NCBI GenBank assembly: GCA_002104905.1
Contig: MCFE01000478.1
Span: 1 to 64,000, forward strand
Direction: 5' to 3'
Source: Basidiobolus meristosporus CBS 931.73
Lineage: Eukaryota; Fungi; Basidiobolomycota
Length of the DNA stretch: 64,000 nucleotides
The notes beneath the pieces are model-generated. The model searched no databases, was not told the origin of the DNA, and saw only the letters and a list, made by a program, of their open reading frames with translations. Made by a program: the position numbers and the translations under genes. Positions 13,591 to 24,227 of this stretch are shown here, piece after piece (position 1 is the first letter of the stretch; each line of letters opens with the position of its first letter).

Positions 13591-14690
13591 TTCAGCGTGT
13601 ATGGGATTAGGGGAATTCCTTTTGATAGAATTAAATCTTTCAAAGAGAGATAAATTTAAACTAAAGATTGCCACTCTTGACCAACAATGATTTTGGCAAC
13701 ATTTTGTCCATGCAATGTTAATATACCCACTAAAATCATTAGCATTTAGTTAGAATAATGATCCGAAAATATCTATTGCAGGGGTATATCGTAATTTGGG
13801 TTATTTTCATCACCAACAAAACGCTTCCACATCTAATTTCTGCTCTAGTCCTAGAGTAGCAACAGTGAAGAGATCTGCTTCAGCGAGAACCAACCCAAGT
13901 AAAAGTAAGTAGCATTGCTGGTTTTGATTTATTCTGATCACTCTATATGATGTTTGATATGTAAAAGGTTTGACTGCGTTTCAATCCAAAGCTCACTGCT
14001 CTCAATTTTCTCGACATCCCTGCTGTGCCTGTATTGTTCGAAATCTTGGCTTTAGATCTAGTATTGTCTATTAAGCAGTAAGGCCGGACATAAATCTACA
14101 AGGGGTGCCAAGTCTGAATTATTTCAGCTTGACATCTACGAGTTTTTCATAGACCCTGAACTCTAACATTGAGTTTTACGGGTAAAGGGGACTCTAAGAT
14201 CTACATATCTGGTTTACAACATGAACTCTCCGAACTTAGTGTTATGTTGTGAGAGCGGATTGGTGAACCAAAAGTAAGGTTGCAGCGTAAAATATTCTAC
14301 CAGCTTTGAGAAGCTTTGCATAGCTGGCGAGGAGCGCGGCATATAGAAAAGGGCAGTGCGGGATTCACCCGAGAGGTTGGGACCGGAGCTTTTGCGATTA
14401 CGTAGATATGAGAACCCCCACTCCACTGATAGAGTTATATTTGTTGCCTGGTAACAATAACATACTAACGTATCTTTTTGCTATAGAATGAGCGAGTCAT
14501 TTAGGTAATACGCATTTCCATGAGTATCCAGCGTTGAATGTAAAGATGGTTTATCATATTAAAATAAATGTGTACATATAATACGGACAAACATAGGTTT
14601 GTATGACTAAATATCTGAATACGCATATGAATACAATAAGCACTTGCGTGGCTAGAGAAGACTCCACTACCTCCAGAGCAGTTTCGCGAG

Positions 14691-15122
14691 CTACTCGTTC
14701 GATTCGCTTAGCACCAACTCTCTTGAAGCATTTGAACTGACGGAGCTTCTTCTGGTGGGCAGGATTATCCCCAGAGTAGCGATTGCTTCGGCCAAACTTC
14801 TTTCGTAATCAGCTTTAACCTTGATGGCGTCAAATTGGTCGTTCTCCTTATCTAATTCGCAGAAGCTTTGTTTACGTGGTTTTCTTTGAGGGCCTAAGCC
14901 GGTGAGCAGAGGGGAGTCGTTGCTGAGTTTTTTAGGCTTTTTCCAGCCTAGCTCGGTGTCCTCGAAGTTGCACTTGTAGTTGAGGAAGTCTTGTGCAAAG
15001 CTTTTGTTTTTCTTAGGGGGTCGGATTACATCTAGCTCACTATCGCTACGTACTTCTGAGAACAAATCATCAGTGGCCCAGCTAATGCGATAGTTGGCAA
15101 ATTCCAGGTCTGGATTGGACAT
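14691..15122 (-). CDS. Hypothetical small protein (~143 aa), no recognised family
   Basis: Single ORF with an ATG at 15122 and a charged, low-complexity composition. No motif recognised. Confidence 0.4.
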   Translation of the reverse strand: MSNPDLEFANYRISWATDDLFSEVRSDSELDVIRPPKKNKSFAQDFLNYKCNFEDTELGWKKPKKLSNDSPLLTGLGPQRKPRKQSFCELDKENDQFDAIKVKADYERSLAEAIATLGIILPTRRSSVSSNASRELVLSESNE

Positions 15123-15394
15123 AATTGCCAAAGGCCAACTAGTTGGAAGAGTCAAAGGTAACAGACAGACTCTATTTGTACGTCCTGGTAGAACATTCAA
15201 AATTGGGCATATAACAGAACTTTCCTGGTTATTGTATAATGATTCGAACTGCTTTGATTGGTTTCAAGACGCTGAAATGATTATCATTGTATGAAGAGAG
15301 TGGCCATGTAGGATAATTTATTTTCCAACTGTCACATGATACGACTGTCCATATCCAGGCCACACTTCAGGTTGTGTATGAAGAAAACTTCGCC

Positions 15395-16079
15395 ATGAAG
15401 CAGGTACAAGTCGCTTGTGCAGGCTTGATCTTTCGACCTGACAGGAAATTCTTGATTGGTAAGCGTAAAGGTAGCCAAGGCGAAGGTAACTATTGATCCC
15501 CAGCCAGATCTTATCACCCTTCACTAGACACTCCTTTTCAGGAACCTGGGCTTTACCCGGAGGTAATAAACACCAGCATACACCAGTGTAGAGGAGAGTA
15601 TTTTCTCAACTTCAATATGATATTCCTTAGGCCACTTGGAGTTTGGGGAGAGTTTCGAATCCTGCGCCGCTCGTAAGCACTGATACATACTTCTAGAAAC
15701 AAGATTAATGTACAATATTTATCCTGGTTTGCATCTCAAGGGGAAACGGAAGAAGAAACGGCACTCAAGATCCCAGCCTCTGCATTTAGATATCTCTATG
15801 CCGTCAATGCACCGATGCCGTTGGCTAGTAAACACTATGTCACAGTATTTTTGAGAGCAGATATAGAAGAAAATGAACCGGAGGTGAAGGTAACTCTTCA
15901 AGATCATTTTACCACCAAGGGCTCAGACTAACTAGCGAACTAAGAATATGGAGCCACACAAGTGTGACGGTTGGGCTTGGGTCTCCCTACAAGAATTGGA
16001 GGACCCCAATTCACCATACTCTCCACTTTATTTTCCTTTCGCTGAGCTAGTGGAGAAAACCAGAGAACACTTCCAGTAA
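15395..16079 (+). CDS. Nudix hydrolase (NUDT15/MutT-like), 5 exons; not in the ORF track because the exons are short
   Basis: Spliced by eye: [60 protein letters not shown] (Nudix box)...HYVTVF...EPHKCDGWAWV...FQ*. Confidence 0.9.
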
Positions 16080-16627
16080 TAAAGCAGAGTAATCACACTT
16101 TGAACATCCACCAGTCAACACTGACAATCCTCGTGGATTTTAATCGACCAGTAAACATTAATCTTATCCGGAACACACTCCACCAATGATATGGGATATA
16201 CTCCAGGGACGGTCAAAATATGCCGTTTGAACCTGTGGAGAATATTATTAGACGTGACGTCAAAATTCCTATCATTGGATGTGATATTTTGGGACGACCA
16301 TAAGGGCACCTGAGGAGTACTGATCTCCCGGAAGCTAAAACTTCTCTTGGGCAGAATTCGGGATTTCAAAAGAATTACTGGACCTTGATTTTTCTCGATG
16401 GTTTTTTTTCAAAGTCGATTCATTATCAATCGCTGGTGACCGTTGGATTGTCGTATTTTTTTACTTAACTACCAAGAGGCCCTTCGTTCCTTTCCTCACA
16501 AAACTCGACTGGAAGCAGTTTGAGCGTTACTTCACTTGGTTGAATTTCACTTGCCACTTTCCCCCAAACATACAACCACCCTGCATTGTGGCCTTTTGGG
16601 TCTGAAACTCCCCTTCCTTTTGACAAT

Positions 16628-18060
16628 ATGAGTATGTGTTTCGTCGTAAAGTGGTTTCTTCTTCGTCAGCGCTAACAGCATTGTTGGGTCAGTAGGAAAA
16701 ACTCCAACCTCAGCAAGCCGAAGAGGCAATCGCGGAGGCAGCAAACGTAGCAAGTCTGAAGAAGAGACTCGCTGCGTGTGCGGCCAGCAACGTAAGCTCC
16801 TTCATCACTCCTCCACCGCTTAAGTATCATTCTTTTTATTTATATCAACAGCTTTAGATCACGAAGGACTGATGATCCAGTGTGAACTATGCAAAGTATG
16901 GCAACACTGCGCCTGCGTGGATATACTCGACGAGAAGGACTGTCCTGAGCAATATTTTTGCGAGCAGTGCAAACCAGAAAACCACCCATACCTGCAGTAC
17001 TACAAAAGCAACCTCAAAGCAAAGTACGTTTGTTTTCTATGTTCATACAGTGCTCTGTATGCTTACCTCTCACTGCAGTAGCCCGTTGAAGCCCAAAAAG
17101 CACTCTTCGGAGGGTGGCAATAGCACCCATTCTGACAGCAAGTCGTCAGATGAGAGTCGAAAGAAAAAGCGAGGAGACCAGCCTGATGGTCCCGAAGTCG
17201 AGCCCTTCTCCGACCTATCTGATCTTGATACTGAAGATGGTTATAGAAAGGAGAGTCGTTCGAAACGCACGAAGACTCCACGGAATCGCTCACCTAGTCC
17301 CATTTCCGCTGGTAGGAAGACTAAGGAATCCGAAAGCGATGAAGACTATCTTAGTCGCGGTGAGCGCAGGAAGAAAAAAGCCAATTCCACTCCCAAGATC
17401 GAGGACCGCGATTACACGAGTTCCAAAAATAGAAAGCGTGATAATAAATCCAGTGGCCATGGTGATGAGGAGGTAGTGGCGAAAGAAGAAAGCCAGCACC
17501 GAAAAGTGGCCAAAAAAGACACCAAAGGTATTCAATGATTACATCTTGTACACCCGAGTCAATTGGGCCTAACGTTTGAAGCAGAGTGCAGTAGCAGTCA
17601 CGAGTCAGAAACTCCACAAAAACCTGCCTCATCTAACGAGGAAACACACACTAATGGGAAGCGAAAGAAGACTCGACGAAGCACGCCGGACCATTCTCGA
17701 AATTCATCTCGCTCGAAGGATGGTGTACACACCCCCGACAATAGACGTACGATTCAACTACTCATGACTTGACATATACCGAGATCGATTCTTACTGAGT
17801 TTCTAACGTTAGGTTCACCCCCGGTTCGAGTGAAAAACGTGAGCAATCGCATGACATTTCAAGACATGAACCGACGGACCAAGCATATTTTCGATTGCAT
17901 AACTCGTATACAGGTCTCTATGGCTGAGAAGGGAAAGGAGGAGGATGCAGGAGGAGCGGACCTGAATGGTAAAGGCTGTGAAGTAACAACCATGGAGATG
18001 GTTGAAGGGCTCACTAGAAAACTAGTTCACTTTCAGGAACTGTATGGTGATATGCGTTGA
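16628..18060 (+). CDS. PHD finger protein, Cti6-like (Rpd3L/SAGA-associated)
   Basis: [40 protein letters not shown]-terminal [25 protein letters not shown]...[12 protein letters not shown] resembles the Cti6 C-terminus. Confidence 0.8.
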
Positions 18061-18898
18061 GATTTATTCACACGATCTTTGCAAAGATTATCAGCTACCT
18101 GGTACCTTGGGCAGTTGCTAATAAGCTGTAAAATAGAAGTCCATCCGAAAGCATACTCAGAGAATCCATTGTAATGATAAGGTCATTTCAGTTTGCTCTC
18201 AATTCTTTGCTAGTGTAACCGGATTTCAAAGAGTGTACATACATGTTCCCCAATTCTGCATCCACTGCTTCGTTTGACTATCTTGCGTCCCGTGCAATAA
18301 ATCGATTGAGCTTGAGCATCTACCTATTAATATAAAAGGAAGTAAGAAATCTGACTCTTGAGGAAAATTTATATGGCCGCAAGAGGCAGGGGATCAGTAA
18401 TGGCCCATCCCCAGCCAATTGCAGAGCCGCCCAAATTAGAATTTACCCATGTCCACGTGATACGATCCATAAACAGAACTTCCCATTCACCATCCCTCAT
18501 TGTTTGTCATCCAGGATAACAACAAAACAGCCCCTTGATACGATTACCAATGGCTCATTATGAGTTTGTCAGTCTACCAATGCAGGCCCAATGCCACATT
18601 TAAGCGCAACGTTACCCTTCACCCAAATTGGTCCTCCTTTTCTCAACGTGATCAAGAAAATGGGTGTCCGAGTGACTAATTTGGATGGTTCGGTTCATGC
18701 TTGTGACACGCTTGGGGTGTTTGCCTTAGGTGTATGCCATGATCCTCTCAGCAATATAAATGGACTAGATCATTATACGTGTTCTCATACGTAGCTACTG
18801 CTGATTCCCTTCTGATTTCCAGGTGAGATCGCTTGATGTGGCTCCATTGCGGCCTTTTCATTTCTTACCTTTGTAGTTGACATAGTGCCAGTACCATA

Positions 18899-20516
18899 AT
18901 GTCTCGTTTTCTCCGAAAGACATTCACGACCGGCTCGAGTCTAGCTCGTTTGGTACTAAGCCATGTGTTTATGAGTCTGGGTTTTGCTTGCTGAATCTTT
19001 TTATTTCGTGTAGTCGCAGCAAATCCGCTACCAAAGCATTGCTTCGGCCACTCACCAAGTAAGGCCATTTTCCGTTAGTCGTAAAAATTAGAAACCCTGC
19101 TGACAAGTCCTCTTTCTAGTCTGGCCCTTCCAAGGTCACGCATCCGGACGCTGACAACAACCCCAAAACCCTTGAGATACTGGCTGAGAGCGACAAATAC
19201 ATCCTCAACACCTACAGCAAGCCCTCGTTGGTCTTTACACACGGAAAAGGTTGCTACCTTTATGACCAGAGTAATCGTCGTTACTTGGACTTTTGCGCCG
19301 GAATTGCTGTGAATGCACTGGGTCATGCTGACGAAGAAATGACCCAGGTGCTTGCTGAACAAGCTTCGCAGTTGGTGCATCTTTCGAATCTTTTCCATCA
19401 CCAATGGAGTGGTGAGCTTGCTAAGGCTTTAGTGGAATCCACCAAAGCTTCAAGCGCTTTCCAAGCCAGTAAGGTGTTTTTGGCCAACTCAGGCACTGAG
19501 GCCAACGAAGGGGCCTTGAAGTTCATGCGCAAATGGGGGAAAATCATTTCTGATAAGGATGACAAGTTTGAAATAGTGTCTTGCTCCAACGGTTTCCATG
19601 GTAGATCCATGGGTGCCTTGAGTTGCACACCCAATCCCAAGTATCAGAAACCATTCCTTCCATTGGTACCCGGGGTGAAGCACATTGATTTCAATGATGT
19701 TGAGAGCATTAAAGCCAATATTACCGAGAAGACGTGTGGAGTTATCGTTGAGCCAGTTCAGGGTGAGGGTGGTATTTTCCCGGCCAAGGTTGAGTTCTTG
19801 CGTGCTATGCGAAAGCGTTGCGATGAAGTCGGTGCTTTGTTAGTTTTCGATGAGATCCAGGTAAGCTACCATCTCTGATCCTCGCCACCCACTGATCTCT
19901 AAAAGCGACTTTTGTTTAGTGCGGTCTTGGCAGAACCGGTAAATTGTGGGCTTTCGAGAACTTCCCGTCTGATGTCGTTCCAGATATCCTGACCTTGGCT
20001 AAGCCCTTGGCCAATGGCTTCCCCATTGGCGCTATTCTCATGAACGACAAAGTAGCAGACAAGATCAAGATAGGTAAGGGGATCACGTGCACATGCTGTT
20101 CATTCCCATGCTCACCACCAAGCATATTCACAGGCGATCATGGAACCACATTTGGAGGAAACCCCTTGGGTTGCCGTGTAGCATTGTCGGTATTCAACCG
20201 CATTAGTCGCCCAGAGTTCCTCGCCAATGTAAATGAGACCGGAGCTCACTTGAAACAAGGCCTTCGGAATATCACCAATGGCAATCCCTTGGTCAAGGAG
20301 GTTCGTGGATTGGGGCTTATTCTGGGTGTGGAGTTCACAGTTGATCCCACGCCAATCGTCAAGATGGCCAGAGAGCGCGGACTGATCGTGATCACTGCCA
20401 GCAACAACACTGTTCGCTTGGTGCCCCCGCTGATCCTCACGAAAGAGGAAGCGGATCAAGGCCTTGCTATTCTGAAAGACTGCTTTGAGGAGTTCAAAGC
20501 TCAAACCCCCGTTTGA
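18899..20516 (+). CDS. ARG8: Acetylornithine aminotransferase, mitochondrial (intact copy)
   Basis: Presequence-like exon 1, YLDFCAGIAVNALGH, NSGTEANEGALK, FHGRS, EPVQGEGG, VFDEIQ-CGLGRTG, DILTLAKPLANGFPIGA, HGTTFGGNPL, VRGLGLILG. Confidence 0.96.
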
Positions 20517-20668
20517 TTGAATCATCCTATTTCTCATGAGGCTTCCAATGTAGATAAAGCGATGTTTGGTAGATGTCAATTGTAATGAGTGAGGAAATAA
20601 AATGAAATGCAGTTTAATATGCTGACCCAGCACTGGGTGACCCCCTAAATCTGATCGAACACAGCCAT

Positions 20669-21280
20669 CTATTCTATCCAAGATCTGGAGTACCTGAAGT
20701 TGTCAGTTGATGCGGTGGTGATGGATTCTGGGATTTGCAAGCTCTCGCCAGCAGTGGCGTACGAGAGGTGCTGCTTAGATTCTCGCTTACTGCTCGCTAT
20801 CTGCTGTTTGTCATGTCGCCACGACATGTAATTGTAGACTTGCGAGACGATTGCGTAAATCACGCCTATGCAGTTTGAAAGGACGGCCAAAAATGGGATG
20901 ATTTTAAAGAACCCATTGAACGTCTTGTAAATCACCTTCAGAAGCAAGTCGGGTTAGAAATGGTGTGCAAGGTGTACGAACTCTGCGGCCGGTTACCTGA
21001 ATTACCAGCTGTGGTATATCCTCAATCAAGATTCCCACACCTACGCATATCAGGATGTGATACCTGACTCGTGGTGAGAATGGCGCATTCAAGCTGCGGA
21101 GGTTACAGAAATTTGACGAAAGAATGAATATGAGGGCTGGATTGGTTGCCGCCAGGATAGTCACCGACGATGTTAGCAGCGTATGATTAGAGAACCACTC
21201 GTGGAAGAGAGGATTCCTGGCCACTTCCTTGACGATGATATATGTAGAAGAGAACATATTGAAGCAAAATGGATTCACAA
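20669..21280 (-). pseudogene. 5'-truncated duplicate of the last exons of the membrane-protein gene at 26083-28897
   Basis: Near-identical to 26083-26693. Ends at the duplication breakpoint and has no start or promoter. Confidence 0.92.
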
Positions 21281-21546
21281 GATACGCTAAAAGGCTGATA
21301 AGGCATCTCTACGAAAGGAATAACAATTACTCGCTTTAGCCATCTCGTAACAATTGTCTCGTTCTTCCGTCGTGGAGAGCATTTAAATTATTTATTATTT
21401 TTTCCATAATGATAATGGGAGAGGCCAAGTTATACGACTGGGCCGATCCGGTAGGCTCTTTTCCCCCATCTTTCGGATCCCTAATACAGGTGAGAGAGGT
21501 GGGTAGGGACTGAACTAGGCTGCATAGACTCCAACATGACTGACCC

Positions 21547-24102
21547 CTAGAATAGATGGGCATAGTTACGGTCATAATCCATCTTGATTTTACGGACGAT
21601 CACTTCTGGTATCTCTTCTACTTCTGCCTCTTCCTCTTCTGCTTCTTCTGCTTCCGCTTCCTCGTCAACAGGCATGGATAGGGAGCGGACTTGGACATAA
21701 TCTAGCTGCATCATAGGCTGAACGCGAGGGGTCTCTGCGATCTGGAAGATCTCCTCAAGTATCTCTTCGTATTGTCGATTCGTGTAGTCTGGGAATCGAC
21801 TTTCGAATTGACTAATGGTAGGCGGATCGTATTGACTTGTCACAAACTTGCTTTTCAAGGCGTCGTATTTGTCTCTCTCGTCGTCTGTCAATCCTGCAAT
21901 GAACCAGTCGCGGGTTTCCTTGCTGAAGATGCAGTCGGTGATCTCATAGTAACGATTCGCGTTGTCCCCAGCCAGATCTGCGGCAAGGCGTAGGAAGAAA
22001 AGTCTTTGCTGCAAATCGTTCCAATCGTGCCTGAACTGAAGGACTTCAAGGTTGAATTGGCGGCCCATAGACATGTGTTTTCTACGCAAGATGTTGCGAA
22101 CAGTTTTGATCGGCGTGATGTCAGGATTGTGGCACATTGCAACTGCCAGCGCGAGAGTATGAAACGCGTGATGAGACGCCCATTCAGCAGCGGCGGCATG
22201 GTTGTTGGTTAGACCATCTGACCACTGCACCCCTACAGTTCGCTTTCCGACTTTGGCACCACTGCCGCCCATACCGGCGTCAAACGCATGGATTGGCTCT
22301 CCTTCCGTGGTCTGGAAATAACCACCTTTGCCGTATTCAGGCACGCCATCGATGATATTCTTGACAGCAGCACTGAGTGCGGGATCACGTTTGCGGTCGA
22401 ATGTTTTGGGAGCGAGGAGAGCGTCGAACTTGGCATCATTAAAGGTGAACTTGTCATCTGAGAAGCCGATATCTCCAAAACCGCCTTCCACGTGTACGGC
22501 TATACCTGACGTGAACAACGCTGACATGATGTCCTGGATTGGCACTGGCGAGGCGTAGTTGAAAAAGAGCTGTTCAGACCAGCGTTTGAAAAAACTGGTG
22601 TTCGCGTCAGTGTCGTAGTTGGCGATGGAGCTGATCTCGGAGCAACTCGAGCTGAACATTGGCAAGCCGAGGCGTCCCGATCGAGAAAGCGGAGCCTCCA
22701 GAATAAGGTGCCTCTCGTGATCTTCAATATTGGACACGATGCCAGTGCCGATGGAAAATGCGGTATATCCTGCGCGTAGGAGACCGGTTTCCGTGGCAGC
22801 ACTGTTGGGATATTGAAGGATGTCCTTGTGATACCTTTCCATATACTCTCGAACCGTGACCTGGCTGCCGTCACCCTTGACACGACTATTAACCTGACTC
22901 GGTAGTTTTCTCAAGGTGCGTGCAATATGGGCCTCAAGGAACTCGTAGGCGATCGGGAGCCAGTTGGAATTGCGCTGCAGGCGCAGTGCATGCATATCAC
23001 GGGCGGAAAAGAACGAGCGTCCGCCACGCCAATTCGGGTCAAGAGCAGTGCGAGGCGGAGCCGGGCCGTTTTTCCCATGGCTAATGACAGTGATGAGGCC
23101 CTGATATTTCTCAGCATTGTGCTCTATGTACTTGATCGGATCGGTGGATATTTCGATATCTGGCAAGAAAGCAAGCAGTAGGGAAGCATAATCATAGAAG
23201 GAGAGACCCAAGCCGGTCAGGGCGATCTTTTTGTTGTTGTTTCTGATACGCCCATCTTCCAGAATTCCACGTCTTGTGAGGTATTCACGCATTGTTTTAT
23301 GGTTTGGAGTCGCGTGGTAGTAGGCCGTGGGGTTGACCTCGGGCTTCAGCGGAAGAGTCAAACGAGTACCATGGGCAAAGGAGACAAAGTCGAATTGCGC
23401 CGTCCTCTCGACACCTCCCGACTTGACCTTGATGCCCGGTTTCTGGGGATTCGTGTCAAAGTCGACACCAATCACCTCATGCGAGTAGAGGATATCAATG
23501 ACGATCTTGTCGGACATGTTATCTCGGATGTAGTCCAGTGCTTTTCTGATGTTCCGTCCCTGGATTTTGCCCCACTCGCCTCTGGTCATGCAAGCGATAG
23601 AAGTGTTGGGCTCACCATGTTGGAAGGCATTCTTGAATAGGACGGCGGCAGGGGGATTGGTTTTTATGAGTTCCTCGAGAAGATCAGTGTATCGACCCTT
23701 CAACGAACCGTACATGGTACCAGGAAGATCTGCAATCTCCTTGAGCGTCTGAAACTCAGTGCTATTGACATTGCCAAGGAAGTTGGGGAGCTTGGTGACC
23801 GGAGTGTTGACCGTGGCATCACAATCTTCCTGGAACGCATGGCCAAAGCCAGCAGTGTTTTCGCCCTGTTTTTCGAAGACGGTGTAGTGAAGCTTGAAGT
23901 TGACATGTCCCTTGATCTTGTCAAGTTTGTCTTGATAGGCAAGAATAACCATGGCCTGGTACATAAGGTAGAAAGCATGACGAGGCCCAAAACCTGAAAG
24001 GCCCCAGGTGATGGTGGTCACCTCGCTGTCACTAGGCGACTTGACGGGATCTAGAGGGGCCTGACCATTGATGGTGGAGCCGTTTGTAGCAGTAGAATCC
24101 AT
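21547..24102 (-). CDS. Intronless 851-aa FAD/NAD(P)-binding oxidoreductase-like protein (NAD_binding_9/PF13454-like)
   Basis: WGLSGFGPRH (~GxGPRG), TVFEK..GFGHAF, TRGEWG (~PRxxYG), FDFVSFAHG (~DxVVLATGH), IALTGLGLSFYD (second dinucleotide-binding motif). TATAAAA at 24171-24177 on the minus strand. Confidence 0.75.
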   Translation of the reverse strand: MDSTATNGSTINGQAPLDPVKSPSDSEVTTITWGLSGFGPRHAFYLMYQAMVILAYQDKLDKIKGHVNFKLHYTVFEKQGENTAGFGHAFQEDCDATVNTPVTKLPNFLGNVNSTEFQTLKEIADLPGTMYGSLKGRYTDLLEELIKTNPPAAVLFKNAFQHGEPNTSIACMTRGEWGKIQGRNIRKALDYIRDNMSDKIVIDILYSHEVIGVDFDTNPQKPGIKVKSGGVERTAQFDFVSFAHGTRLTLPLKPEVNPTAYYHATPNHKTMREYLTRRGILEDGRIRNNNKKIALTGLGLSFYDYASLLLAFLPDIEISTDPIKYIEHNAEKYQGLITVISHGKNGPAPPRTALDPNWRGGRSFFSARDMHALRLQRNSNWLPIAYEFLEAHIARTLRKLPSQVNSRVKGDGSQVTVREYMERYHKDILQYPNSAATETGLLRAGYTAFSIGTGIVSNIEDHERHLILEAPLSRSGRLGLPMFSSSCSEISSIANYDTDANTSFFKRWSEQLFFNYASPVPIQDIMSALFTSGIAVHVEGGFGDIGFSDDKFTFNDAKFDALLAPKTFDRKRDPALSAAVKNIIDGVPEYGKGGYFQTTEGEPIHAFDAGMGGSGAKVGKRTVGVQWSDGLTNNHAAAAEWASHHAFHTLALAVAMCHNPDITPIKTVRNILRRKHMSMGRQFNLEVLQFRHDWNDLQQRLFFLRLAADLAGDNANRYYEITDCIFSKETRDWFIAGLTDDERDKYDALKSKFVTSQYDPPTISQFESRFPDYTNRQYEEILEEIFQIAETPRVQPMMQLDYVQVRSLSMPVDEEAEAEEAEEEEAEVEEIPEVIVRKIKMDYDRNYAHLF

Positions 24103-24227
24103 GTTGCTAGGGTGCGAGTGGCGGCGCTATAGGAGGTGAAGAGTGATTGAGAGATGTTCGCTTCAGCCACTTTTATACCTTGGCTGAACGAGAGTGGGGC
24201 TACAGCAGACGAGCTTACAGTGAGGTT

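Larger units (their letters stand above)
18387..21280. repeat. Direct segmental duplication, copy 1 (ARG8 promoter + ARG8 + 3' end of the membrane-protein gene)
   Basis: Aligns with 24228-26693 from caggggatcagt to gaagcaaaatggaWtcacaa. Confidence 0.95.

Noticed and set aside
21281-24227. Helitron or TIR transposon carrying the 851-aa gene
   Set aside because: No TC..CTRR ends with a terminal hairpin, no TIRs or TSD, and no transposase or Rep motifs.
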